Shown piece after piece: positions 1-8,351 of a DNA stretch of 32,000 bases. The translations under genes were made by a program, and so were the position numbers. How positions within the stretch are numbered: the first letter of the stretch is position 1; each line of letters starts with the position of its first letter. The notes beneath the pieces are model-generated. The model saw only the letters and a list, made by a program, of their open reading frames with translations. It was not told the DNA's origin and did no database searches. Source of the stretch: a bacterium (GTDB taxonomy: Bacteria; Zhuqueibacterota; Zhuqueibacteria; Residuimicrobiales; Krinioviventaceae); assembly GCA_963674595.2 (NCBI GenBank), contig CAXXFV010000015.1:107527-139526 (forward strand), written 5' to 3'.

Positions 1-496
1 CGAATTCACGTCCCATTTCCTGAAAAAATGACAGTTTTTCAGAACTTCTAATGGCGACTTTGATGTTTCTTACAATCTTGGCGCCTTCAGGGTCTCTTTC
101 TCTGAAAATGCGTGATAATTCTTGTTTGGTTTTTCTTACAATTAAACGGCGAGTTAAAATGAGTACGTCCGAGTCTGTAATGTTTTCAAGCTCGGCGAAT
201 TTTGTTTCATAGTACTTTTTAAGTTGAGGGAAGGAACCATTTTCATCGCGGCTAAAAAGTTCAGCGATGCAGTCTATGGCTAAATCTCCCAGTTCGATTT
301 CGGTGTTTAGCCTTTCACCCGAAATTCTTTTGCCTGTTACTTCTTGATATTTTAGATATCCTAATGAAATTTTTTGTGCCCAATTTATATATTGGACAAG
401 CTGTGCCTGGCTGTAATCGCCGGAGCAAATGCTTTTGACGAGATCAATAAAATTTTCTTTCATTCCGCAAATATCTCTTTTTTGTTTAACGGCCAT
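1..496 (-). CDS. hypothetical protein, N-terminal 165 codons only (C-terminus lies off the left edge); loose resemblance to a sigma-70-family region 2
   Basis: Minus-strand ATG at 496-494 has GGTGA about 9 nt upstream. The frame is open to position 1 (MAVKQKRDICGMKENFIDLVKS...GDLAIDCIAELFSRDENG...). It is missing from the ORF track because it is open-ended. The function guess rests on weak pattern similarity only. Confidence 0.55.
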   Translation of the reverse strand, partial: MAVKQKRDICGMKENFIDLVKSICSGDYSQAQLVQYINWAQKISLGYLKYQEVTGKRISGERLNTEIELGDLAIDCIAELFSRDENGSFPQLKKYYETKFAELENITDSDVLILTRRLIVRKTKQELSRIFRERDPEGAKIVRNIKVAIRSSEKLSFFQEMGREF

Positions 497-871
497 CTTG
501 TAATTTCACCGCACTCCCATCACCAATAGTATAAATCCTATTATGAACCCATTAGATGGCTAAAAACGATGCGGTTGGCACCTGACTAGGGCGGCATAAT
601 TCTTACCTATTTTAAAATTTGCTGCGCCAATTAAAGGTTTAGGTGCGTCTGAGTATTTTTCTTTACGCAAATCATGTACCATGTTTGTAAAAGTTATGGT
701 GCCTGTAATAAGCTGTTTTTGTTAATCTGTAAACAGCAGAAAGCTTAATGTTGTATTTATTTTTGTTGTGTGGTGAAACACTGTATCGTTGTGATACAAA
801 ATTTGCTTTTTTGATGATTTTAGCATAAATGTTTCAATTATAGCTGTCGTTTAAAAGTATTGCTAAAAAAG

Positions 872-900
872 TTGACTTTTAATTTTCTGATTTGTATATT
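872..900 (+). promoter_or_regulatory. candidate sigma70-type promoter for the tRNA/tadA/SRP RNA cluster
   Basis: TTGACT (872-877), a 17-nt spacer, then TATATT (895-900). It ends 16 nt upstream of the first tRNA (917). No other room for a promoter exists between the downstream RNA genes. Confidence 0.4.
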
Positions 901-916
901 AATAGGCTTTATATTT

Positions 917-989
917 GGCGCGTTCGTCTAGGGGTCTAGGACGCTGGCCTCTCACGCCGGTAACACGGGTTCGAATCCCGTACGCGCTA
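917..989 (+). tRNA. tRNA-Glu (anticodon CUC)
   Basis: Cloverleaf folded by hand: acceptor GGCGCGT/ACGCGCT, anticodon stem CTGGC/GCCGG, loop CTCTCAC, T-arm ACGGG-TTCGAAT-CCCGT. Close to the E. coli tRNA-Glu scaffold. No encoded CCA. Confidence 0.9.
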
Positions 990-1011
990 CGTAAAAAGTT
1001 TGATTAAAAAT

Positions 1012-1085
1012 GCGCTCGTAGCTCAATTGGATAGAGCATCTGGCTACGGACCAGAAGGTTGGGGATTCGAGCTCCTCCGAGCGCG
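1012..1085 (+). tRNA. tRNA-Arg (anticodon ACG)
   Basis: Acceptor GCGCTCG/CGAGCGC, D-arm GCTC-AATTGGATA-GAGC, anticodon stem TCTGG/CCAGA with loop CTACGGA, T-loop TTCGAGC. 74 nt, no encoded CCA. Confidence 0.92.
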
Positions 1086-1108
1086 CTTTTTAAAGAACGG
1101 TTCTCATT

Positions 1109-1561
1109 ATGGACGACCATAGTAAATGGATGCAGGAAGCCTTGAAGGAAGCTGAAAAGGCTTTAGCAAAAAATGAAGTGCCGGTTGGCGCTGTTGTTGT
1201 TTGTGATGAAAAGATAGTCGGTCGCGGGCATAATTTGATTGAAACGCTTCAGGACCCGGCGGCACATGCGGAGATGCTTGCCATTACCGCCGCTTCTAAT
1301 ACGTTGGCATCCTGGCGACTTGACGATTGCGTTTTATATGCAACATTAGAGCCTTGTTTAATGTGTGCAGGTGCAATTCTTTTATCACGAATACCGCTTG
1401 TCGTTTTTGCTGCTGAGGATCCCAGACTAGGCGCCTGTGGAAGTGTTGTCAATGTTTTGGAAAACGAAAAAATTGATTTGCAGGCAAAAATGATCAAGGG
1501 CGTTCTTGAGGAACCGTGTAGTAAAATTTTAAAGGATTTTTTTAAAAAATTGCGCCAATAG
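1109..1561 (+). CDS. tadA: tRNA-specific adenosine deaminase TadA (A34 to I34 in tRNA-Arg ACG)
   Basis: 150 aa with CDA-fold zinc motifs HAEMLAI and PCLMCAGA. Collinear with E. coli TadA (EVPVGAVxV...TLEPCxMCAGA...SDFF). Confidence 0.93.
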   Translation: MDDHSKWMQEALKEAEKALAKNEVPVGAVVVCDEKIVGRGHNLIETLQDPAAHAEMLAITAASNTLASWRLDDCVLYATLEPCLMCAGAILLSRIPLVVFAAEDPRLGACGSVVNVLENEKIDLQAKMIKGVLEEPCSKILKDFFKKLRQ

Positions 1562-1577
1562 GCGTTTTATTGTTTTG

Positions 1578-1662
1578 GGAGAGGTGCGAGAGTGGTTGAA
1601 TCGGGCGGTCTCGAAAACCGTTGTGCCTTCGGGTACCCAGGGTTCGAATCCCTGTCTCTCCG
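1578..1662 (+). tRNA. tRNA-Ser (anticodon CGA)
   Basis: Acceptor GGAGAGG/TCTCTCC, anticodon stem GCGGT/ACCGT, loop CTCGAAA, long variable arm (TGTGCCTTCGGGTACC), T-arm CAGGG-TTCGAAT-CCCTG. Confidence 0.9.
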
Positions 1663-1717
1663 CAAAGAGTGAGTCGTGGCGCTAAAAATATGGGGGATTG
1701 GAAAAAAGTTTTTTTAA

Positions 1718-1803
1718 GGAGAGGTGTCCGAGAGGCTGAAGGAGCACGCTTGGAAAGCGTGTGTAGGCAACCCCTACCGCGGGTTCGAATCCCGCCCTCT
1801 CCG
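1718..1803 (+). tRNA. tRNA-Ser (anticodon GGA)
   Basis: Acceptor GGAGAGG/CCTCTCC, anticodon stem CACGC/GCGTG, loop TTGGAAA, long variable arm, T-arm GCGGG-TTCGAAT-CCCGC. Confidence 0.9.
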
Positions 1804-1814
1804 CTCTTTTTTTT

Positions 1815-1887
1815 GGGGCCGTAGCTCAGTTGGGAGAGCGGTACGTTCGCAACGTACAGGTCGTGGGTTCAACTCCCATCGGCTCCA
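1815..1887 (+). tRNA. tRNA-Ala (anticodon CGC)
   Basis: Acceptor GGGGCCG/CGGCTCC contains the G3:U70 alanine identity pair. Anticodon stem GTACG/CGTAC, loop TTCGCAA, T-loop TTCAACT. Confidence 0.92.
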
Positions 1888-1890
1888 CTT

Positions 1891-2160
1891 GGCTGTGCTA
1901 GATGGGGAGCTAGCGGTGCCCTGTAACCTGCAATCCGCTATAGCAGGATCGAATTCCCATTCTGAGGTTTGCTCGTTATGGTATGATGATGGAAAGCGAT
2001 GTTGATGGTCCAAGCCCTGCGCAATGAAGGAGTACCCAACCCCGTCAGGATCGGAAGATAGCAGCGGTAAGTATTGAATTCATGTGCCGCAGGAATTTTT
2101 GGCTGGAGTTGGCTATCATTTTCTTGTCATAAAAGAGGAATCGAGGATGGGTGCACAGCC
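1891..2160 (+). ncRNA. ffs: signal recognition particle RNA, large (Bacillus/scRNA-type, with Alu domain)
   Basis: The 5' segment GTGCTAGATGGGGAGCTAGCGGTGCCCTGTAACCTGCAATCCGCTATAGCAGGATCGAATTCCC closely parallels the B. subtilis scRNA Alu domain. Domain IV motif GTCAGGATCGGAAGATAGCAGC has its GGAA tetraloop at 2053-2056. Terminal helix is GGCTGTGC (1891-1898) paired with GCACAGCC (2153-2160). About 270 nt. Ends are approximate. Confidence 0.85.
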
Positions 2161-2209
2161 TTTATGAATCCTCAAAATCATTCTGGAATTACAAAACGAG
2201 AGTATCTTC

Positions 2210-3904
2210 ATGTCCTACCTGGTTTTAGCGAGAAAATATCGCCCCATGTTTTTTGAGGACGTTGTGGGGCAGCAGCATGTTTGTGTTACTCTACAAAATG
2301 CTATTGAAAAAAAACGTATTGCTAATGCATATATTTTTTCCGGTCCCCGGGGTGTCGGAAAAACCACGGTTGCCCGATTATTATCCAAAGCTTTAAATTG
2401 TGAACATGGACCAACAACGAAACCATGTAATAAATGCTCGTCTTGTCTGGAGATTAACGAAAGCCGAAGTCTCGATGTTTTTGAAATAGACGGCGCGTCC
2501 AATCGTGGTATTGATGAAGTACGAAATCTTCGTGATGGTTTGAAATATTCATCAACTCCGGGTAAATACAGAATCTATATTATCGACGAAGTTCACATGC
2601 TCACCAACGAAGCATTTAACGCTTTGTTAAAAACGTTGGAAGAGCCGCCGGCGAATGTATTGTTTGTTTTTGCAACAACCGAATCCCATAAAATTCCTGC
2701 TACCATTCTTTCCAGATGTCAGCGTTTTGAGTTTAAACGCATGTCTACACAAAACATTATAAAACAATTGCAGGAACTTTGCGTTAAAGAAGAAATTGAA
2801 ATTGACAATGAATCGTTACGTCTTGTTGCCAGTAAAGCCGATGGCAGTATGCGGGACTCGGAAAGTATTTTAGACCAGGTCATAGCATTCTGTGGGAAAA
2901 CGATCCAGGCTAAAGATGTTTCGAATTTGCTGGGAATTATTGATACCAATCTGTTTTTTCAGGTTACCGATTTTATTAAAGAAGGCAATGTTGAAGGTGG
3001 AATAGAGCTGTCGTCAAAGATTTTTGTGGAAGGATATGAATTTAACGAATTTTTGGCCGGGTTAGCTGAACACTTGCGAAATTTTCTCATTGTTTGTACA
3101 ACCGGTAAAACTGAAGAGCTTAATGTGTCAGAGGAACATGCACAACGTTATTTAAGCGAAAAAGAACATTTTCAGGTTGAAGACCTTTTAAGATTATTGC
3201 AGGTTGCTACGGATGCCATGACGATTATTCGGAAAAGCACCAACGCCAGATTGCACCTGGAAATATCGCTCGTAAAAATGATAAAAATGAGCAAAAGCCT
3301 TCAACTTTCACAAATTTTAACTTCTATCGAAGAGTTAAAAAAAAAGCCCCTGCCGACCGTAGCTAGTCCTTCTCATGGTGATAAACCTGTACAAAAATCT
3401 GTAACGATACCAAAGGTCAAGTCGTCGGGAGTTTTGAGCTTTATGCCGGACAAATCTACCGTCGCGCAAAGCCCGGATATTCCCCCGGAAGAAAATGGTT
3501 CTAGTGAACAATTATCGGCTGATATTTCTTTGGCTGATCTTGAAAAGAAATGGGACTCTATAGTTGATTTTGTTAAAAAGAGCAAAATTGCGTTGGGTAC
3601 ATTTTTAGGAGAGGGCTGGCCGGTTTCATTAACAGACAACAAGTTGATAATCGCTTTGGATGAGAATAATGGATTTCATATCAGTACATTAAAAAAGAAC
3701 AATGCTGCTGTTGAAGAATTGCTGAAGGAATATTTGGGTGTTCAATTAAGTATAGAGTATATAAAGGACAGCCAGGGAATGCTGGAATCGGTAAACAGAA
3801 AACCGCAGCAAGTTGACAAGGCTTCCGAGTTTGACAAGCTTAAGGAAGAAAATCCATTGGTGCAAAAAATTGTCGATACATTTGATGCAAAATTTGTAAA
3901 ATAG
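2210..3904 (+). CDS. dnaX: DNA polymerase III subunit gamma/tau
   Basis: 564 aa with Walker A GPRGVGKTT, zinc module CEHGPTTKPCNKCSSC, DEVHML, and SRC motif LSRCQRF. Confidence 0.95.
   Translation: MSYLVLARKYRPMFFEDVVGQQHVCVTLQNAIEKKRIANAYIFSGPRGVGKTTVARLLSKALNCEHGPTTKPCNKCSSCLEINESRSLDVFEIDGASNRGIDEVRNLRDGLKYSSTPGKYRIYIIDEVHMLTNEAFNALLKTLEEPPANVLFVFATTESHKIPATILSRCQRFEFKRMSTQNIIKQLQELCVKEEIEIDNESLRLVASKADGSMRDSESILDQVIAFCGKTIQAKDVSNLLGIIDTNLFFQVTDFIKEGNVEGGIELSSKIFVEGYEFNEFLAGLAEHLRNFLIVCTTGKTEELNVSEEHAQRYLSEKEHFQVEDLLRLLQVATDAMTIIRKSTNARLHLEISLVKMIKMSKSLQLSQILTSIEELKKKPLPTVASPSHGDKPVQKSVTIPKVKSSGVLSFMPDKSTVAQSPDIPPEENGSSEQLSADISLADLEKKWDSIVDFVKKSKIALGTFLGEGWPVSLTDNKLIIALDENNGFHISTLKKNNAAVEELLKEYLGVQLSIEYIKDSQGMLESVNRKPQQVDKASEFDKLKEENPLVQKIVDTFDAKFVK
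3337..3366 (+). promoter_or_regulatory. candidate recoding site in dnaX (A9G run containing in-phase A AAA AAG)
   Basis: TTA AAA AAA AAG CCC: nine A (3337-3345) followed by G. The -1 frame stops at TAG 3364-3366. The +1 frame stops at TAG 3360-3362. Located at codons 376-379, just after clamp-loader domain III. Confidence 0.4.
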
Positions 3905-3916
3905 GAAGGATATTTT

Positions 3917-4258
3917 ATGATGAATAAAGCTGCTATGGGAGGGTTGCTAAAGCAAGCCCAAAAAATGCAACAAGAAATGGAAAAAGCACAGCAAAATTTG
4001 GTTAATATACAGGTAGAAGGTACAGCCGGTGGTGGAATGGTGAAAGTAACGGCAAATGCTGCTCAGGAAATTCTTGAAGTAAAAATTGATCCTGAAGTTG
4101 TAGATCCTGAGGATGTTGAGATGCTGGAAGACCTGGTCCTGGCTGCAATTAATCAGGCCCTGGAAAATGCAAAAAGCACGGCAGAACAGGAAATGGGCAA
4201 AATTACCGGAGGCATGTTGCCGGGTGGTATGGGCGGATTGAAATTGCCTGGTTTTTAA
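3917..4258 (+). CDS. ybaB: nucleoid-associated protein YbaB/EbfC
   Basis: 113 aa with typical family sequence ([16 protein letters not shown]...GGGMVKVT...[10 protein letters not shown]). Sits in the conserved dnaX-ybaB-recR position. AGGAAGGA lies upstream. Confidence 0.9.
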   Translation: MMNKAAMGGLLKQAQKMQQEMEKAQQNLVNIQVEGTAGGGMVKVTANAAQEILEVKIDPEVVDPEDVEMLEDLVLAAINQALENAKSTAEQEMGKITGGMLPGGMGGLKLPGF

Positions 4259-4291
4259 AAAGTATATGTATATAAATTTTTTCGAGTTATT

Positions 4292-4891
4292 ATGATAAAA
4301 TATTCATCTGATGCAGTGGAAAAAGCAATCCATGAGTTGTCAAAATTGCCTGGAATCGGACGAAAAACAGCTCAACGCCATGTATTCCATTTGTTAAGAC
4401 TGTCTAAAGATGAAGTGGAACATCTGGCCCATGCCATTATTGATTTGAAGGACAAAGTTAAACATTGCTCTATATGTTTTAATATTTCAGAAAATAATAT
4501 ATGTAAAATCTGTTCGAGTGAAAAGCGGGACAAGAAAATTATTTGTGTTGTTGAAGAAGCCAATGATATTATAGCTTTGGAAAAGACAGGGGAGTTTAAA
4601 GGATTTTATCATGTTCTGGGTGGTGTCCTTTCGCCATTGGACGGAATCGGTCCCGATGACTTGAGAATCAAGGCGTTGCTAAGTCGATTGACGCAGGACG
4701 TAGAAGAGGTTATTGTCGCCACAAATCCTAATACGGAAGGAGAAGCCACAGCGCTGTATTTATCAAAATTGATTAAACCAATGGGGATCAAGGTTACACG
4801 AATTGCCAGGGGAATTCCGGTTGGCGCTGATTTGGAATATGCGGACGAAGTCACTTTATCTAGAGCTCTTGAGGGGAGAATAGAATTTTAG
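4292..4891 (+). CDS. recR: recombination protein RecR
   Basis: 199 aa with HhH region ([11 protein letters not shown]), C4 zinc finger (CSICFN...CKICS) and a Toprim domain. Confidence 0.95.
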   Translation: MIKYSSDAVEKAIHELSKLPGIGRKTAQRHVFHLLRLSKDEVEHLAHAIIDLKDKVKHCSICFNISENNICKICSSEKRDKKIICVVEEANDIIALEKTGEFKGFYHVLGGVLSPLDGIGPDDLRIKALLSRLTQDVEEVIVATNPNTEGEATALYLSKLIKPMGIKVTRIARGIPVGADLEYADEVTLSRALEGRIEF

Positions 4892-5004
4892 ATCAAATTT
4901 TTGAATTGATAATACCACTTGCCTTTATCACTTAATTTTTTTAATATAACTAAATTATTTTGTAGAATATATGTGTAATTTGTCGGGAATGTTCGGGCTT
5001 TATT

Positions 5005-5472
5005 ATGAAAATAGAAAAGCAAGATTTTAGTGCATTAGCTATTGCCAGTACGTTGGGATCAGGTTTTTTCCCTATTGCTCCGGGTACTGTCGGCGCTGCT
5101 GTTGCCGCGTTTGTTATGTGGTTTGTGCCTTATACTGATTTGGGACTTTTGGTTTACATCGTTTTATTTTTTCTAGTCGGCGTATATGCTTCTACTGTTG
5201 CAGAGAAATATTGGGGACATGATGCCGGAAAAATCAACTGGGATGAAGTTGTGGGCATGATGATTACCGTATGGTTATTGCCGAAAAATATTATTGTATT
5301 TATTGCAGCATTTTTTGTCTGCCGTATTCTGGATATTATTAAACCCTATCCCGCTAATAAATCTCAAGAGTTGCCGAAAGGATGGGGCGTCATGGTGGAT
5401 GATGTTATTGCCGGAATTTATGGAAATATCTTGCTGCAAATAGTATTTCGTTTTTTAATAAAAGTTAATTAA
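5005..5472 (+). CDS. pgpA: phosphatidylglycerophosphatase A
   Basis: 155-aa membrane protein with PgpA motifs (FPIAPGTVG, WDEVVGM, ILDIIKPYP, MVDDVIAGIY). Confidence 0.85.
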   Translation: MKIEKQDFSALAIASTLGSGFFPIAPGTVGAAVAAFVMWFVPYTDLGLLVYIVLFFLVGVYASTVAEKYWGHDAGKINWDEVVGMMITVWLLPKNIIVFIAAFFVCRILDIIKPYPANKSQELPKGWGVMVDDVIAGIYGNILLQIVFRFLIKVN

Positions 5473-5476
5473 CTTT

Positions 5477-6715
5477 ATGAATATAGAAATTATAAGTATT
5501 GGTGATGAACTGCTTATAGGACAAACCATCAATACAAATGCAAGTTGGATGGGGGAAAAGCTCTTTGAAATAGGTACCACCGTCAACTGGGTAACAACAG
5601 TTGGCGATGACCATGATCTTCTCATCAAAACGTTGGAGATTGCGGAACAGCGAGCAGACGTTATTTTGCTGACAGGCGGTTTGGGACCAACCCATGACGA
5701 TGTAACGAAAAAGGCTGTTTGCTCTTTTCTGAAATCAGAGTTGGTTGTTGACCAGGTTGTTCTGGAACATGTGAAAAAAATGTTTCGGGAACGTGGGATA
5801 AAAATGGTCAAAGTGAATGAAGAACAGGCTATGGTGCCGGATAAAGCCAAGGTTATTAATAATCCTGTCGGCACAGCGCCTGCCATGTTTTTTGAGAAGG
5901 ATGGTAAAAAATTTTTTGTAATGCCTGGTGTACCTTTTGAAATGAAGGGCATTATGCAGGAATCTGTTTTACCTGCTGTTAAAGAATTGTTGAATGGAAA
6001 AGTAGCAAAAAAGAAGTTTATTGCTACTATTGGTATTGGCGAAAGCACGCTTTTTGAAAAAATCGGCAACATTGAAGAGGTTGAAAAATATGCCCGTGTT
6101 GCATTTTTACCCGGTTTTTCAGGTGTAAAAATCAGGTTGATTGCTGATGGTAAAAATAGTACAGAAGCTGATGAAAAACTAAAGCAGGCTGATACTCTTA
6201 TTCAAAGAAACATTAAAGAATTTATTTACGCCGAAAAAGATATACCCCTGGAAGAGGCTATTGTTCATCTATTAACTGAAAAAAATAATACCCTGGCTGT
6301 AGCCGAGTCCTGTACCGGCGGACTTTTAGCCAGTAAAATTACAAATGTCTCTGGCAGTTCACAGGTTTTTCTTGAAGGCGTTGTTGTTTATAGTAATCAG
6401 GCCAAAGTCAACAGACTTGGTGTTCCGGAAAATTTGATCAATGAACACGGGGCTGTCAGCCCCCAGGTTGCTGAAAAGCTTGCGGAACAGGTGAGAAAGT
6501 TGTCCGGTGCGGATTTTGGTTTGGCAACAACAGGTATTGCCGGGCCGACCGGAGGAACTCCGGAAAAGCCCGTTGGTCTTGTTTATTTAGGCTATGCCGA
6601 TAAAAATGGCGCCTTTGCAAAAAAATACATGTCCAAGCTTAATCGGCTTGAAAACAAGGAACGGTTTTCTTATGCCGCTCTTGATTTGCTTCGGGTTAAT
6701 TTAAAAAAGGTTTGA
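5477..6715 (+). CDS. cinA: competence/damage-inducible protein CinA (MoCF-like domain plus PncC-type nicotinamide-nucleotide amidase domain)
   Basis: 412 aa. N-terminus IEIISIGDELLIGQTINTN and TGGLGPTHDD. C-terminal domain AVAESCTGG...TGIAGP. Confidence 0.92.
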   Translation: MNIEIISIGDELLIGQTINTNASWMGEKLFEIGTTVNWVTTVGDDHDLLIKTLEIAEQRADVILLTGGLGPTHDDVTKKAVCSFLKSELVVDQVVLEHVKKMFRERGIKMVKVNEEQAMVPDKAKVINNPVGTAPAMFFEKDGKKFFVMPGVPFEMKGIMQESVLPAVKELLNGKVAKKKFIATIGIGESTLFEKIGNIEEVEKYARVAFLPGFSGVKIRLIADGKNSTEADEKLKQADTLIQRNIKEFIYAEKDIPLEEAIVHLLTEKNNTLAVAESCTGGLLASKITNVSGSSQVFLEGVVVYSNQAKVNRLGVPENLINEHGAVSPQVAEKLAEQVRKLSGADFGLATTGIAGPTGGTPEKPVGLVYLGYADKNGAFAKKYMSKLNRLENKERFSYAALDLLRVNLKKV

Positions 6716-6722
6716 TTTTTTT

Positions 6723-7283
6723 ATGGCAATGGTTCGGGCGTTTATTTGTATTGAACTTGCTGAAAAATCCCGGAAAATTCTTGAGGATTTTCAGACGGAA
6801 TTAAAGCAGATAAATGCAGATGTAAGGTGGGTCCGCCCTGCCGGCATACATTTAACATTGAAATTTTTAGGCGATGTGGATGTTGAACGAATTGACCAAA
6901 TAGAAGAGGCTATTAAAAAATCTGTTACTGATCTTGTTCCATTTAAACTTGAATTGTCCGGTACCGGCACGTTTCCAAATTTTAAACATCCCCGAGTGTT
7001 TTGGGTTGGTGTAGCCGGTCAGGTTGACGTGCTAAGTGCCCTTGCACAACAAATAGACAATAATTTAAATGCAATTGGCTTTGATAAAGAAGAAAGGGAG
7101 TTTTCTCCGCATTTAACTTTGGGACGTGTTAAATCAACTTTTGGAATAAAGTCAGTTACAAACGTGGTAAGTAATAAAATTTTAGAAAAAAATGAATTTT
7201 TAGTCAAAGAAATTGTTTTAATGCAAAGTGAGTTAAAAGCTACCGGCGCTGAATATTCATCGTTGCGAAAAATTCAATTATAA
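6723..7283 (+). CDS. thpR: RNA 2',3'-cyclic phosphodiesterase (2H family, LigT/ThpR)
   Basis: 186 aa with the two H-x-T/S-x motifs HLTLKF and HLTLGR at the expected spacing. Confidence 0.88.
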   Translation: MAMVRAFICIELAEKSRKILEDFQTELKQINADVRWVRPAGIHLTLKFLGDVDVERIDQIEEAIKKSVTDLVPFKLELSGTGTFPNFKHPRVFWVGVAGQVDVLSALAQQIDNNLNAIGFDKEEREFSPHLTLGRVKSTFGIKSVTNVVSNKILEKNEFLVKEIVLMQSELKATGAEYSSLRKIQL

Positions 7284-7298
7284 ATTTAGGTGATTTTT

Positions 7299-8345
7299 AT
7301 GAGTGAAGTAAATGAACGTAAAAAAGTACTAGACCTGGCCATGACCCAGATTGACCGACAATTTGGTAAGGGATCAATCATGTGGTTGGGTGAAAATAAA
7401 AAAATAGATATGGACTTTATTCCCACAGGCTCAATTTCCCTGGATGTTGCCCTGGGTATTGGTGGTGTTCCGCGCGGACGAATTATTGAAATTTTCGGCC
7501 CGGAATCATCAGGAAAAACAACACTTGCCCTGCATATTGTTGCTGAAGCCCAAAAAAGAAGCGGACTGGCCGGTTTTATCGATGCCGAACACGCTATGGA
7601 TGCCAAATATGCAAAATTATTGGGAGTGGATACCGATAACCTGTTGATCTCTCAGCCGGATACCGGTGAACAAGCTCTTGAAATCGCCGAAACACTTGTT
7701 CGGAGTGGTGCGCTGGATTGTATTGTCATCGATTCCGTTGCCGCTTTGGTCCCTCGTGCAGAAATTGAAGGTGACATGGGCGACGCCCAGATGGGATTAC
7801 AGGCTCGTTTAATGTCTCAGGCTATGAGAAAACTTACGGCTGCTATCAGCAAATCAAAAACAACGGTGATCTTTATTAACCAGATTCGAGAAAAGATCGG
7901 CGTTATGTTTGGCAGTCCGGAAACAACAACCGGTGGACGCGCCTTAAAGTTTTATTCATCTGTTCGGCTAGACATTCGGCGCATTGCCGCCATCAAGGAT
8001 GGTGAAAATGTTATAGGTAACAGGACCCGGGTCAAAGTTGTTAAAAATAAAGTTGCCCCGCCTTTCCGTGAAGCTGAATTTGATATTATCTATGGAAAGG
8101 GAATTTCAAAAATCGGTGATCTATTGGATATTGCTGTAAAGCAAAATATCGTTGATAAAGCCGGTACCTGGTTTTCCTATGGCGACGAACGACTGGGACA
8201 GGGACGTGAAAACGTACGAAAATACCTTGAAGAAAATAGTGATCTGTTGAAAGAGATTGAGAATAAAGTTCGGGCTACTCTTAGCATGGGTGATGAAACA
8301 AAAGAAAAAGACCAGGAAAAAACGAACGAGAGTACAAAAAAGTAA
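7299..8345 (+). CDS. recA: recombinase RecA
   Basis: Canonical RecA sequence ([43 protein letters not shown]). ATG 7299 sits 6 nt after AGGTGA. The ORF-track GTG at 7290 is probably upstream read-through. Confidence 0.97.
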   Translation: MSEVNERKKVLDLAMTQIDRQFGKGSIMWLGENKKIDMDFIPTGSISLDVALGIGGVPRGRIIEIFGPESSGKTTLALHIVAEAQKRSGLAGFIDAEHAMDAKYAKLLGVDTDNLLISQPDTGEQALEIAETLVRSGALDCIVIDSVAALVPRAEIEGDMGDAQMGLQARLMSQAMRKLTAAISKSKTTVIFINQIREKIGVMFGSPETTTGGRALKFYSSVRLDIRRIAAIKDGENVIGNRTRVKVVKNKVAPPFREAEFDIIYGKGISKIGDLLDIAVKQNIVDKAGTWFSYGDERLGQGRENVRKYLEENSDLLKEIENKVRATLSMGDETKEKDQEKTNESTKK

Positions 8346-8351
8346 GTATAA

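Noticed and set aside
498-871. 374-bp intergenic region between the divergent left gene and the tRNA cluster. It contains small inverted repeats (GCTGTTT/AAACAGC around 712-738, TGTATC/GATACA around 781-797) and was checked for a riboswitch or known sRNA.
   Set aside because: I recognised no known RNA family signature. The repeats are short (6-7 bp), AT-rich and unremarkable for a divergent promoter region. They may be operators, but nothing in the sequence supports this.
1621-2256. ORF-track entries 1621-1824 (+), 1724-2005 (+), 1774-2013 (-) and 2074-2256 (+).
   Set aside because: They lie entirely on the tRNA-Ser, tRNA-Ser, tRNA-Ala and SRP RNA genes. Their translations are low-complexity Arg/Pro-rich read-through of structured RNA with no start context. 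The RNA genes explain the sequence.
5455-6072. 205-aa minus-strand ORF antisense to cinA. Similar antisense ORFs occur inside dnaX, recA, alaS, the ABC ATPase gene, pmm and others.
   Set aside because: These are shadow ORFs opposite well-supported, strongly conserved plus-strand genes. Their composition is hydrophobic and Ser-rich, typical of antisense frames, and they carry no recognisable motifs.
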